Positions 1-13,790 of a stretch of 64,000 nt of DNA are shown one piece after another. The notes beneath the pieces were generated by a model, which worked only from the letters and a program-made list of their open reading frames with translations, was not told where the DNA came from and ran no database searches. The stretch is from Octopus vulgaris. Its lineage: Eukaryota. Within the stretch, counting starts at the first letter, position 1; each line of letters starts with the position of its first letter. The position numbers and the translations under genes were made by a program. The stretch is from contig OX597824.1 in NCBI GenBank assembly GCA_951406725.2, positions 56,792,001 through 56,856,000 on the forward strand, read 5' to 3'.

Positions 1-98
1 ATGCACCAGATGCACAATTTTTGCAACTTGTAATAAAGCCTGTCTTTGTATGAAATAATTGTACTAAAAACTAATCCATTCTTGTTGCTTCTTTCTCG

Positions 99-103
99 TA
101 TAT

Positions 104-198
<95 letters not shown>

Positions 199-460
199 CA
201 TATATATACATATATATACATATATATGTATATATACATATCTACATTCATATATATACATGTATATGTATACAGATATATATATACATATACATATATA
301 CATATATATACATATGTATATATATGTGTATATATACAAATATATATATATATATATATGTACATGTAAATATATATGTATATATGCATATATATTTGTA
401 TTTATACATATATATGCACATTTATGCATATTTATACATGTATATATGTATATATATACT

Positions 461-508
<48 letters not shown>

Positions 509-599
509 GGTATATAGAAATACATATATATATATATATACATATACTGTGTGTATATATACGTATATATGTGTATATATATATCTATATATATATGTA
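99..599. repeat. Degenerate (TA)n/(TACA)n microsatellite
   Basis: Direct reading; source of the spurious YI-repeat ORFs. Similar tracts occur throughout, e.g. 860-1020, 27965-28370, 29675-29870, 37549-37770. Confidence 0.95.
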
Positions 600-860
600 T
601 TGATAAAACGGTAAGATAACAAAAGAAAGAAAGAGACCTCAATATTATGTAAATACAGGAAATTTATCTATACAATATGTTACATTACTCGGTAGTCAAG
701 ATAAAACTCTGAGTTTCAGATGCCGAAGTGGAAATCCACAACACCATCTCTTCGGTTATCTGGCTATAACCGAAGAGATGGTGTTGTGGATTTCCACTTC
801 GGCATCTGAAACTCAGAGTTTTATCTTGACTACCGAGTAATGTAACATATTGTATAGATA
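600..860. mobile_element. Fold-back non-coding element in (TA)n (95-bp arms 665-759/766-860), probably PLE-derived
   Basis: Apparently perfect inverted repeat with 6-nt loop ctggct; unique extension 600-664; TA tracts on both sides; carries an HHR-like motif. Confidence 0.8.
699..761 (-). ncRNA. Variant type-I hammerhead ribozyme motif (mirror copy 766-824, +)
   Basis: agataa-CCGAAGA-gatg..catc-t-GAAA-ctc-a-gag-TT-ttatct: 6-bp stem I, U4C core variant, one extra nt before GAAA. Confidence 0.6.
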
Positions 861-920
861 TATATATATGTATATATATATGCATATATATACATATATA
901 TATATATGTATGTATGTAAA

Positions 921-984
<64 letters not shown>

Positions 985-1024
985 GATGTATATATACATG
1001 TATATGCATATATACATCTATATA

Positions 1025-1118
1025 CAGGGGTTGGACAAAATAATGGAAGCACTTTAACATTTCAAACAAATTTACTTTAATATGGATTAGGGGTTTCCAT
1101 TATTTTATCCAACCCCTG
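1025..1118. mobile_element. Tc1/mariner-type MITE (94 bp)
   Basis: 24-bp TIRs CAGGGGTTGGA(C/T)AAAATAATGGAA with 1 mismatch, TA on both sides. Confidence 0.85.
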
Positions 1119-2676
1119 TATAAACGTTAAAGCCCGGTAGTTTTGCAAGTTAATTTCGCATTTGTTGTATGTGTGTTTTAATTTTTGGCTAATATTTTCC
1201 TATCCATACAGATATTCTCATTGTTTTATAGAGTTCTATCTACAACTGTGGTGTTGTCAATATTTTTGTTGCATGTTAAGTAGCGTGTTCTGATGGCTCA
1301 TATTGTAAGTAGCGTGTTTTGATGGTTAATTGTGTAACGAACGTGGTACTTGTAACGACTAGGGTAATAGTCTGATTCGTGAAATTTACAACTTTCTAGC
1401 TTTTATTAGATTTTGTAGATTATATTAATAGTTTGTGGTTTGTTAGTTTGAGGTTTTGTGTTAATATTCACAATGCATTATATTAATAGTTTGAGGTTGA
1501 AGTGATGGTTCTATTTTATGATGTTTTATGAAAAAAAAATTTCCCTACTTACATTCATAATCTCAATATATACAAACCCCAACACCACCTCATAGATATA
1601 AAAACAAAAATAATGTATAACACACACGATACCTTTTTATGCACTGAAATTGCGAACAATTACCTTTACATGCACACAGTAAATGTCCACACAAATATAA
1701 AATATGAGATTCTGAATATTCACCAATCGATCATTCATTGAATAAGGAAACCCTACGTATAAAACAAATTTTAGTTACCAATGGGACACCATTCGTTAGA
1801 AATTCATCCTCACTGGTACCCAGACCTGGTACCCAATAAAAAATAAACCCGATGGTTAATTAAAATAATCAATTTAACTATGATCAAAGACTTTCCAACT
1901 GTGACCAACTAGTTATTTTTCCTATGCAATCTGTATCTAGAACTACAATTCTTTGATATGCCCTGTTCTTCTTTTTTCCTGAAAGAGGTAGGATTTGGGT
2001 GAGATTTGATTGCTATTTCTTGCAGGTTCGTCGGTTCGGGACATCTCACGTTGTCTGCGAATGTGAAGAGTTTCGAGTGAAATGATATTCCAATATTGGT
2101 ATATATGTTTTTTGTTTTCTAACAAAGCATATTAGATAGAAAATTGTAAATAAAGAAATAAAAACAAGCAAGGAAATATAAAAACAAAGTTTAAAATGTC
2201 TGAACGGGAAGTAACTAAGATCGATCAGAGTATTATGTTTTCACAATCTGTTTAACACGTAACAGCCATGTTAGGTGGCCTACTCAGATGAGGATGTCAT
2301 CCATCATAAAATCCCTTAGAACCACCACCACCCACCACCACCACCACCAAGAGTGAGATTCCAACGAAATGGATGGATGGACGATAGGATGGTGGGATAG
2401 GGTAGTGTGGTGTGGTGGTGGGCCTGATGGGTGGCATTGTTGAGGATTAGGGTATCAAAGAGAGTATAACGATATTTAGAAATATTGGAAGCAGCGATGA
2501 CAATGGTAGTTGTATGGGCAGCATTGGGATAAATGTATAGATGTGTTTGTAGATATGTGTGTAGTTCTGTATGTAGAAGTAAAGAAGCTCGATTTGCAGA
2601 TTCGTGTTTCCCAGTTCGATCTCACAGGTGATGTGGGCAAGTTTCTCTAACCATAATCACACACACACATACATGC

Positions 2677-2820
2677 AAAAGTCAGCAGCGGTGTCCACCA
2701 GGATACTGTTTTGGGCGCGCTTCTCTTTATAATCTATATAAACATCTCAAGCGTTATCAAACACAGCAAAATAAGAAATATTCGCAGATGACGCCAACTC
2801 CAGAAAATTGTCAATGGAGA
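2677..2820 (+). pseudogene. CR1/L2-group RT fragment
   Basis: Translates with frameshifts as VSSGVHQDTVLGALLFIIYIN...FADD. Confidence 0.7.
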
Positions 2821-3059
2821 AGTCATTTATTATTTTTGGAGCCTTATTATTTTGAAGCTATATTGTTATTTTTGGGTTTGTTTTGAAATATTAAATTTTA
2901 AATTTTAAACCTTAAAATGTGTCCTTAAATGGCGAAATATTTCGCCAAAGTAGCTCACTGCAAAGAACCATTTAGTAAACAGTTCAACGAAAGTTCGAAT
3001 ACCAAATAATAAAACAACAAATTTCAAAGAAAACTTATGAGCCACGAACAAGCGTCCTC

Positions 3060-4275
3060 TCTTTTCAAACATAAATAGCAACAACGATGGATTTACCAAA
3101 AGAATTAAATATGAAATTTGGCTTAGAAAAATGTGCCAAAGGACTCTTGAAAAAAGGAAAACTAGTTAAGAGTAACAATATCACACTAGATAAAGCAAAT
3201 GAAATAAGACAATTAGACCGAAGCCAGACATACAAATACTTAGGAATCAATGAGCTAGATACAATACCACACACACAAATGAAAGAGAAGATAAGGAAGA
3301 AATAATATAGATGAGTTAGAGTAATACTTAAAACAGAGTTCAATGCGAAAATAAAAGAAGATAATAGGTATCAACACTCTAGCCGTCTCAGTAATAAGTT
3401 ACAGTTGCAATATTCTTGGTTACTCCAAATGAAGTAACCAAACTACACAGGAAAACAAGAAAAAATAATGACAGAATTTAGGATGCACCACCCAAAATCT
3501 GACATAGAAAGGTTATATATACAACGTATTGAGGGTGGTGGAGGCCTTATGCAGCTAAAAAACTAAAAGAACCAGAAATATCTTATTCAGAAGCAAGGAA
3601 AACTGATACAAATAGCCACAAAACAGGCAAAACAAAAAACTGTTTTCTGACATCCAAACTAAAACTGGAACGACAAAGTATCATGATAAAATGATGGCAA
3701 GACAAGCCCTTACATGGCAAATACTGAGATAAGCTAAACAGAAAAGAAATAGACAAAGTAAAATCCAACAATGGCTGAGAAGCTCAGGACTCAAAGCAGA
3801 GACTGAAAGATTTTTAATTGCAGTTCAAGATCAAAAGAAACTAGCAGAAACACATAATGAAGTAACTGCAGAATATGTGGTGATGGGGAAGAAACAATAA
3901 ATCATATTGTCTCTGGCTGCCCAGTCCTGGCTAAGAAGGAATATATCCACAGACATGACCTGTATACACTGGAAGGTATGCCAACACTATGGAATGACAA
4001 CAGAAACGAGATGGTATAGACACTCCCTAGAAGAAACCTCAGAAAATGACGAAACAATCATACTCTGGGATATGCCAATACACACAAATAGGGAAATCAA
4101 AGCTTATAGACCAGATATAGTTGTCAGAGATTCCCAAGAAAAAAATGCCTTCTAATCGATGTATCAATCCCAACAGGTGACAATGTGTCTCTAAAAGAAA
4201 CGGAGAAACTCTCAAAATACAAAGATCTGGAAATAGAGATAACCCGAATGTGGAGTCTAAAAACAGAAACAATCA
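3060..4275 (+). mobile_element. R4/Dong-type LINE remnant (RT C-terminus, CCHC, RLE endonuclease)
   Basis: MKFGLEKCAK, YKYLGI, ILWDMPIHTNREIKAYRPDIVV, KYKDLEIE; many stops and frameshifts. Confidence 0.85.
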
Positions 4276-5778
4276 TTGAACCATCTTCTGTTTATGGATG
4301 ACCTGAAATTGTTTGGGAAATCTGAAAAACAGATAGATTCCTTAACCAAAACAGCCCAGAAATGTGGTAGGGACATCAGTATGGAATTTGGGTTCGCCAA
4401 ATGCTCAGTACTTAATATGAAAAGAAGGAAGAAAGCAGCCTGCAGAGGATTGCGCTTGCCATCAGGAGAGACCATGGGTGAACTCGACGGTTGTGGGTAT
4501 AAATATTTAAGGATTTAGGAGCTTTATGACATTCTACGCAGAGAAATGAAAGTCAATGTCAGCGAGGGGTATCAAAAAAGGGTGTTGATGGTTTTGAAAT
4601 CCAACCTGAATGCCAAAAATTTGATTACCGCAATGAATATCTGGGCAGTTTCGGTGGTCAGATATAGTGCGTCCATCCTCAAATGGACTAATGAGGTGGG
4701 ATGAGAAAGTTGATGACACTGCATGGGGCGCTACACCCTAAAGCAAATGTAAACAAATTGTATATGAAAAGAAAGAATGGTAGCAGAGCACTAATTAGTA
4801 TAGACCATTGTATAAGGAGTGAAAAGAGAACGCTTGCCGAGTATTTGATAAATAGTGATGAAGACTTGCTGCAATATACTGCGAAAGATGTGGGTGTAAA
4901 TGCAGATGAAATGATGGGCAAGGCAGAGTTTAACCAAAGAGCTGAGGAGACGAGAAAAGAAGACCTTTTTGAAACGAGAATGCATGGACAGTTTGAAAGG
5001 AATACATAAAACGTTAAGGATAATATAGCATCGTGGGCATGGCTAAAACGAAGTGATTTGAAGCGTACTACCGAAAACCTGATCATTGCTGCACAAGACC
5101 AGGTACTTGCTACCAATTCAGTGAAGTATAACATGTATAAAACTTCTGATACCCAGAAATACAGACTCTGTGGAAAAAGTGTGGAAAATGTGACCTACCT
5201 GGTAAGTGGATGTGAGAGTCTTGCACAAAAAGAATACAAACGTCGCCACGATAAATTTTGTGTATCTTCATTGGCTCTTATGCCGTAAATACCAATATGA
5301 AGTAACAGAGAACTGGCATGAGCATGTACCAAGTAAAGTTATGCAAGAGGATGGAAAAATAACGATACTTTGGGACTATGATTTTCAGATGGATCGTGTA
5401 ATCGAACACCGTCGGCCGGATATTGTCATGTTGAATAAGAGAGACAAATACTGTCAGCTCATTGATGTAGCCATACCACATGACATGAATGTTGTGAGTA
5501 AAGAGGTTGAAAAAAATCACCAAGTACTCCGAATTGAAAGTGGAAATGGCAAGACTGTATGGAAAGCCAGAGGGTAATGTAAAAGTGATACCAGTGGTGA
5601 TCGGAGCGTTGGGCTCAATCCCACTGAAATTTCAAGTCTTCTTAAGGCAACTGGAAATCCCTCCATGTCTTGCAAAAAGCAGCCTTATTGGCCACTGCGC
5701 GCATCTTAAGAGAAACCCTTGTTGACAGTTGAAAGACTCCGGTGCATTTTTACCTACACTGTATTACGAAGGAATAAT
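4276..5778 (+). mobile_element. R4/Dong-type LINE, 5'-truncated, ending in (TAG)n/(TAA)n
   Basis: HLLFMDDLKLF, IIAAQDQVL, YKRRHD, RPDIV, IPVVIGALG; tail 5779-5886. Confidence 0.9.
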
Positions 5779-5839
5779 TGTAGTAGTAGTAGTAGTGGTA
5801 GTAGTAGTAGTAGTAATAGTAGTAGTAGTAATGATGATG

Positions 5840-5886
<47 letters not shown>

Positions 5887-6100
5887 TAATTCTTTTATTG
5901 GCCACAAGGGCTGACAAAAAATAATTATAACATAAAGGGACAAAACACAGGAAGAAAGTTACAAAGGGTTTTGTCCGTTTCAAAAATCCGTGTAAAAAAG
6001 AGTGTAACAACGAAAATATCAACAATGAAAAACTCCCAATAGGAGGAGGTGCTTCGAAAGGTTCCTGGTGTAAAAACCCATAAAATCCACGGGAGCCTGG

Positions 6101-9100
6101 TCAAAAGTGGGGTAGAGAGCCCCTTTCTCCTTTTATATTACCTTTTATATTACCGTTCACACTGGCCATTCTTGCGACATTTATCCACCTTTCAGTAAAC
6201 AGCACTTCCCTCTCTACTCTCATCCTCCTTTTCAAGTGAAACTTGAAAAAGTTGATGAGGCCTGGGCCAAAGAGGAAAGTGTCTGACTTTAGTCCTTTCA
6301 AACAGGTCCATCATACCACCTCTTTCGCTACAGCCACTAGGCAAAGGAAAACTGCCTTGCCCTCTCGGTTAAAGGAGGTCGGCGGGGCAATCTTCACTAT
6401 GGATTCAGCTGATAGCCAGATCCGTCCTATACGCGACAGTAGCTGTTCGACATAAACCCATAGTTCAGCAATCTCGGGCACTGGACGAGTGCGTGCAGAA
6501 CGGTTTCGTCGTCCTGAGCGCACCTCGGGCAGACCCGGCTGACGGCACTTCCGTGCCGGTATAGTTTATCTCGAACAGGCAAAGCCCCTCGGTAACACTG
6601 CCAGGCGAGGGACCTTTGGAAATTATCCATTGGCCCCGGCCCGGAAGTCCTTCCGAACAGACTGCTCAGCTCGTTATCGTCAACGCCTAGAGTTTCCCCG
6701 AGAACGTCGTCGCACTTTTCTTCCACTAACCCTCTAGAACGCTAGAGTGAACTACTACCGGTCGCATTGCCCGCTCGGTGGAGAGCGGAGAAAGCTTGGC
6801 GGCACTGGAGGTGCCAAGCACCTTTTCTCGGTCTGCGTTTGATCCAGGTCTGCAGCTCTGTCAAAGAGACGAACTGCGGAAAGTCGTGTCTGACAAAAGA
6901 CGACCACACCTGTTCACCGTCTAGGAAACGCTTGAGATGCCGTAGCCTGAGCGCATGTTTGCGCATCAATAACCACGGCATGCCAAGGCCTCCGTTCAGC
7001 GGTCGTTGACAGCAGATGGATCGCCTGAGTAGTGGTATCTGACCCTTCCACAAAAAGTCAAAGAGCAAGCGTACCAGCTTGGCTAACCAGCGGTCGGGAC
7101 ACGGGACGACGGTCAAGCGGTAATAGATGACGGATTGCAATGTACGCATTCGCCACCTCCGCTCGACCTTTCAGGGACAGCTTCCTCTCGGCCCATTTCT
7201 GGGTGAGATTGGCTACTTTGCTCGTCACTTCTTTCCAGTTTTTATCCACCTGGAGGTCCGGACCGAACCAGACCCCGAGCAGTTTAACGGGTCCGTCTGT
7301 CCAGCGCCCTACGACGCTGTTGGACGGTATGGACTTGCCTCTCCAGGTGCCCAGTTGCAAGCCCACGGACTTTTCCGCGTTAATCTTTGCACCTGTCACC
7401 GCTTCGTACACGTTTAGCGTCTCGCCAATCAGGTCAATGTGCCTGTGGCTCGACATCATCACGGTGACGTCGTCGGCATAGGCAGACACGCTGTTTCCAC
7501 CTCCTATATCGCGCGGGATACCCCTCAAAGCCTCCAACTTGTGCAGTAATGGAGCGAGAGAGGGCATCCTTGGCGAACCGAACGCGAGGTGTCAAACGGC
7601 TCCGAAAGGTGACCGTTCATCCGTATCACCGAGCAGATGTTGCTGTATAAAGCAGCGATCCACCCGCGGAAGACTGGACCGAAACCGGCTGCCTTGAGAA
7701 AAGCTGCCAGGTATCGATGGTAGACCCTATCGAAGGCTTTACTCTGATCTAAATTGATCAAAGCCCCACCCGCACCAGCGTCGTTACCCACCCCCTCTAT
7801 GACGTAGCGCCACTCCTCGACAAACAAAAGCAGGAATTCTCCCGTTTTGCTGCCAGTTGCAGTAGACGTTTGCCAAGAGGCCCGCAAACAAGTCTGGCAT
7901 TGAAGTGTAAAGCTCGTAGGGCAGACCATCCAAACTCGGCGATCTATCTCTCGTGCAGCTTTTCATCGCTTCCTCCATTTCCCAGGCAGATATCGGCCTT
8001 TCGCAGCACTCTGCTTCGCTGTCCGAGAGTTGCGGTAGGCTGTCCAGGTACACACTTAAGCCTGTACCGTTGTCCGTCACACCGTTCATCCCAAAGAGTT
8101 GAGCAAAGTGCCGCTGAAACACCGTACACCGCACGGAAACCTCGCGCCCGTTCCAGTCCACCAAAGACAGAATGGTCGCTTTGTTGCCACGCTTCGCCTC
8201 CGCCACGCGGGCCCATCGAGCGGCCTTAGTCCCTCCCCGCTTAGTGAACGCGCCTTAGCTCTGACAACGCAGCCTTCGTGTTTGGCGTCAAAGTGTTGGT
8301 CGAGGGCCAACCTAGCCGCCAACACATCAGTTGCGATGCCTGTCTCAAGAGCCTCGTCTAGTTTTCTAACTAAATTCCGCTCTGTTTTTCTACGTTCTAC
8401 AGCTAGAGCCTTACTAAACCTAATCGACTCTGCTCTAATTGCTCTCTTGAGGGCAAACTACCAGTTGTTGTTGATGATTGCCCCCGTGAGCGCCCGTTTA
8501 ACTAATAAACTAATCCGGTCTCTGTAGGCTTTGCACGCCGTTAACGACGCGTTCAGCTTCCAGTAGCCGGGTCCCTGTCTATGTAGCCTATCTAAGTCGA
8601 CCGTACAGATCCCGAATTTGTGGTCCGTGTAGTCGACTAGGTGGAAATGTGGACACCCTATGCTGTCCTTATCCGCTGGCCTACAGAAGACTCTATCAAA
8701 GTACGATCTAGATGACCCGATGCGTTTAGTCCAAGTCCACATTGGCACATTCGGGTTGTCTAGTCGAAACTGTCGGACAGCTGAAAGCGCCTGAGCAGGT
8801 TGGCGTGGCTCTTGCACCCCTTCTCCTATCAGATGCTCCCATGCCCACCCGATCGAAACGTTCGTCTAAGACAGCGTTCCAATCCCCAACTAGCACCAGA
8901 GTGCGTGACGTTCCTAAGAAAACTTCCAGACGCTTGAAATAATCGGATTGCCCTGCTCCTGTCGGAGCGTAGGCAGCCAGCAGTCTGAAAGCATCGCCAT
9001 CACTACCGTCTACGTCGAGGACCACCAACTTACCTTCTGGATCCAGGAAGACTGTCCTTATTTTCAAATCCAGGCCCTTCCGAAATAACACCGCAGTACC

Positions 9101-9291
9101 ACCACCGCCCGCTCCCCGCCGACACTGAGATAGAAAAATCTCGTATCCACCGAAAAGGGTCGCGAGAGCCTGGTTTCACTAATGGCTACTACATCCACGC
9201 TATGATACCTCAGGTCGTTTAACAGGTGGCCCTGTTTCCAAGGTGACCCGAGGGCTCTCACATTTAAGCAACCTATTCTGAGTTTAGCCAC
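6101..9291 (-). pseudogene. Tx1 ORF2 (APE endonuclease + reverse transcriptase), frameshifted with an internal deletion
   Basis: CLNVRAL..ISET, GDWNAVLD, GYWKLNASL, LDQSKAFDRV, VRQGCPLS, AYADDV, CPRC..ETVLHALVQC. Confidence 0.9.
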
Positions 9292-10106
9292 GTTTTAAAG
9301 GTTCAGAAGGAGAAAAAAGGCTCTACTTACTGTTGTTGTTTGGTGGGGTGGCTCCCTTGTGCTTTTGCACGGGTATTTCCACCAGGTTTTTATAGAGTTT
9401 TTTGGAGAAATTTCTCCCTAGCGACCCGACATCGTTAGGGAATTTCTCCTTGATTTCGTTATATTTTGATTCGTTTATTTTTATGGTAAGAATGTGTGCT
9501 GGTGGTGTGTTGTGCGTTGGATTAACGAAATCAGAATATTTAGTGTCTGTGTTTTGTTTCAGGTGTGTGACAAGTTGTTCATTTTTTGTGTTTATAGCTG
9601 TAACGGTGTCTGAGTGTTGGTGTGTGTGGCAGTAATGGTGGCGAAAGTGTTGTTTGTTGTTGTGAGTGCATGTTGTTGTTGATGTTGGGAAGCTCTATTT
9701 GTTCGTGCTTCCCCTGTGTGTTATGTGTGTCTTTTTGTTTTTTACGTCTTTTCTTTTTCGGTGACACTGTGTGCCACTCCCCTTTCTCGCTATCAGTGCT
9801 CGCACAATCCGAGCTGACCTGATCTGGAGAGGGGACATTTGTCGGGTCCGTTTCCACAGTTTGTCGAAAATTAGTAATATTTGTAGGAAACGGTGCTGTT
9901 GCTGCAGTTGTTGGTGTTGGTGACGGTGTTGATGCTTCTTTCTGGATGGTCCTTCTTGGTGTTGGTGTTGGTGTTGGTGTTGGTTTGGTGATGGCTGGAG
10001 GTGGTGTTGCTCTTCGTGGTGGTGGTGATGGTGTTGATGGTGTGGAAATTTTTGGTGTTTCAGGCTGTTGTTATTTCTGTTGTTGTTGTTGTTGCTACTG
10101 CTGCTG

Positions 10107-11180
10107 CTATTTCTTTTTTTCTGCCTCCATTCTTTGCTTGTAAATGGGGCAGTCTTTCTTCAGATGGTTTTCGCTGCTGCAGAGGTAGCATTTTGGCCTT
10201 CGCCCGTCTACAGCAACGTGCAATCTGGTGCCTTCCGGCAAATTTATGGAATCAGGTATGGAATTTGTATTTTCTTGCTGGATCTGTGCCAGCAGCTGTA
10301 CTCTCATACCTGACCAGTTCTTCTCTCGCAACCTGCGTAAATCCAGAATAGTGGCAGTGTCCTCTATGTCATAGAGGACAGCTGCCACCAGCCAAGATAT
10401 ACTCAGCTCGGGCGGCACCTGGTCAATTTTGATTTTTGTTACTCGCCGACCAAGGTATGTCGGTACGAGCAACAAACTTTCTGTTTGCAAGGGCGAAATG
10501 GCATGTTTCCTTGCATCTTCCCCCGTTGGGAATCGAACCTCCACGGTTCCAAACCGCTTCCCTTTGGTGACATAGCTCTTTTGACCCCAAATGGGCTTCA
10601 TAGCTATTTCCAGTTGTTGTGGTGTGGCATTACTTATTTTTCTGTATTTTCTTTCGAAAATCTTGTAGATTATTGTTTTTCTGTTTGTTTCTTGTATCAG
10701 TTCTTGTGGTGTTTTCAGGAACATGCTGTTACTTTGTTTCTTCAATAAACTTTTAGCAGTTTTGATTTCTTCCATCGTATCATGTATTTCCTCCGAGACC
10801 TGCTTGGCAGCGGAGGCGAAACCGTTACGATGTTGTTCAAATGTGTTCTTGCTGGTGGTGGTGTCATTGTTGATGCTGTTCATTGTTTTTCTTTCCTCCT
10901 CCTCTGGTACTGGAGCATTAGTAGAAGGAAGTGGAGGGAAATCTTCAATGACGTCAAAAGTGATGCCTTCTTTTGTATTGTCATTTTGAACGGTGCACGT
11001 GCCGACACGTTCTTTCGAAAATTCTTTGTTGCCTTTTAAGGCGCGAAATGGGCGGTTTGGAGCCGTTTTCGAAATGGTGTGTATTTGTGGAGGGTGTGGT
11101 GTTGGAAGAAGGGAACAGCTAACTGCTCGCTTCAAAGACATGTTTGTTAAAATAAATGTGTGTGTTTGCAAAATTGTCAA
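10107..11180 (-). pseudogene. Tx1 ORF1 (nucleic-acid-binding, CCHC knuckle); continues frameshifted to about 9327
   Basis: 357-aa ORF ending RPKCYLCSSENHLKKDCP, upstream of ORF2 on the same strand. Confidence 0.85.
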
Positions 11181-11361
11181 AGTTCAAAACGCAATTTTAC
11201 CCTTAATGGGGTAAAATTTTGCCTAACCAACTAGCTCTGCTAGAAGTTAGTTGCCTTGGCCACACAAATATCGAAATATATATATACTTTTAGACAAACT
11301 TCCAATATAATTGGTACAAAACTTATGGAGCCTCCTGAGACACGTCCGCTCTTTGGAGAAA

Positions 11362-11396
<35 letters not shown>

Positions 11397-11398
11397 TA

Positions 11399-11951
11399 CC
11401 CTGATGCAGTACCAGACAGTGGCTCTCATGGCTTCTGATCTTAACTGATTGGAAGTGTTATCATGTACATTGTTTTGTCTTAGTATAAAAGATGGGCTAC
11501 AGCAAATATTCTGCTCAATACCACAGATTTGCTTGTCGATTGTTTGACCTTAACCAGTTGACCATGTCCCTTAGTGGTTGACGATAAGTGCATCCCTGAT
11601 CATGAGCAGAAGTAGTGGGGGAGTATTATAGCCGTGTGTTGAAAGGAATTCTTGGAGGTTTGGATAATTCACCTTTGGAAACATGGGTGGTTCGTTCAAC
11701 ATCCTCAAACAATTCTTATTCAGGGACCTTTTGAGCGGCATGGGCTATTCATCCAGAAGAAAATTCTATCTGGGCCCCACCTTCCAGGTCATGTGCTGTT
11801 TATCTTGATATGAGATCACCATGTCGCGCACATATGTTTGTCATGCATGTGCCTGGTGTACCCTTATCAGACGGGTAGTCATGGTGGGTATATTGGGCTT
11901 CGTATATTTTACCCCAGTGTCAGTTTGATGGCGTGCACTGCTCTTTCACTC
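11399..11951 (+). mobile_element. About 550-bp non-coding interspersed repeat flanked by (TAA)n
   Basis: Reverse-complement homolog at 51206-51740 with the same termini; no ORF. Confidence 0.85.
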
Positions 11952-12028
<77 letters not shown>

Positions 12029-12043
12029 CAACAACAACAAAAA

Positions 12044-12079
<36 letters not shown>

Positions 12080-12080
<1 letters not shown>

Positions 12081-13378
12081 GCAGATAGAAGAGACGGGCT
12101 ATAAGTACATGGGGATTTTGGAATTGGATAAATTAATGGAGAAAGAAATGACAGAAAAATTTAAGGTGGAGTATTTGCGCAGACTGAGACTGATTCTTAA
12201 GTCGAAATTAAATGGACGGAATAAGATCGAAGCTATCAACACCTGGGTGATTTCACTCCTTAGGTAATCGCATGGACAGTAGACGAACTAAACAGCTTAG
12301 ACAGAAAGACAAGGAAGCTGCTAACTAGATATGGGTCACTCCACACAAAAAGTGACACAGACAGAGTGTATGTACCAAGAAAAGGAGGGGGAAGAGGACT
12401 TATTGGATGCGAACACAGCATTAGAGCAGAAGAAAACAACATAGCATGGTATGTAAAAAATGCCACAGAATCGCTATTATTCGAAGTAGGAAGATCAGGC
12501 TTGTGTAGGATGAAAGATTGCAAAGATAAAGCACTATACAAGAAATTGAAAACGAATGAAACTGAAAATAGGTGGGTAAAGAAAAGAATGCATGGTCAAT
12601 TTCATAGGGATGTTGAAGATAAGACAGAGAAAAAGATGGCTGTGGTTAATTAAAAGATATTTAAAACCGGAAACGGAGGCTCTAATCTGTGCTGCCCAAG
12701 AGCAAGCAATAAAAACTAGCTATATAAAATACAGAATAGACAATACAGCAGAAAGTGATAAGTGCCGAATCTGTGGACAAAACGGTGAAACCGTATGGCA
12801 TATTAACAGCCAATGTACGCCACTAGCCCAGAAGGAATATAAGAGACGCCACAACAATATAGCCAGGCTTGTCCATTGGACACTCTGCAACAAGTATGGC
12901 CTTGACAGAGGAAAAAATTTGCACGACCACAAACCTGAAGGCATCGTCGAAAATAGAAATGCAAAGATCCTATGGGATTTTATGATCCAGTGCGACCATT
13001 TCTCTTAATTGAGAAAGAAAACAAACTATGGTGGATCATTGATATAGCATTCCCAGCTGACAACAAGGCATGCGATAAAGAAGAAAGAAAAGTTGAGAGA
13101 TGTGACAGGTTAGCTTGGGAAGTTAAGCAGTTTTGGTCGATGAAAAAGGTAGCAGTAGTACCAATAAATGTCGGAGCCCTGGGAAGTGAGCAAAAATCTC
13201 GAGAAGTAAGTGGAATAAATAGGGGATGCAATAAGGGTGGAGCACTTGCAGACAACAGCATTGCTTGGAACTGCTCGAATACTCCGGAAGGTGCTCGAAA
13301 AATAAGTGAACCTTAGTTCACTACTAGTGAACAGCTGACACTGTAGTACATATCCAACGTTAGAAGCTGTGTAAAGGC
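12080..13378 (+). mobile_element. R4/Dong-type LINE, 5'-truncated, (AAT)n on both sides
   Basis: YVPRKGGGRGL, ICAAQEQAI, CRICGQNGETVWHI, YKRRH, VVPINVGALG. Confidence 0.9.
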
Positions 13379-13474
<96 letters not shown>

Positions 13475-13549
13475 TATAATAATAATAATGATAATGATGA
13501 TGATGGTGATGATGATGATGATAATAATAAAGATCAAAGCGGCATAATC

Positions 13550-13790
13550 AAATCTCAGAAGGAGTTACTGAGAATGAGAATTGCAAAATCCTGTGTAACT
13601 ATTAGATTAAACATGGGAAACCTGACATTGTTGTAGAAGAAAAATAATGCCTGATAACTGACATAGTATGACTTGGCGAGAACCGGATTGAAGAGAAAGA
13701 AGAAAAGTGAGAAAAAGTGAAATGAGAAAAACGTAGGTTGCGGGCAATGAAGAAAGTGGACATGATGAGGTTATCAGTTATTTGAATTGT
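13550..13790 (+). pseudogene. Highly decayed R4/Dong RLE fragment
   Basis: KPDIVV...CLITDI...ENRIEEKEEK-like translation. Confidence 0.5.

Larger units (their letters stand above)
5887..11361 (-). mobile_element. Near full-length Tx1-clade (L1 group) LINE inserted in (TAA)n, decayed
   Basis: ORF1 with zinc knuckle, ORF2 with APE and RT; AAT microsatellite on both flanks (5839-5886, 11362-11396). Confidence 0.9.

Noticed and set aside
46-1080. YI/HT/CV/poly-I/poly-Y ORFs here and throughout the window
   Set aside because: Translations of microsatellites with no coding signal.
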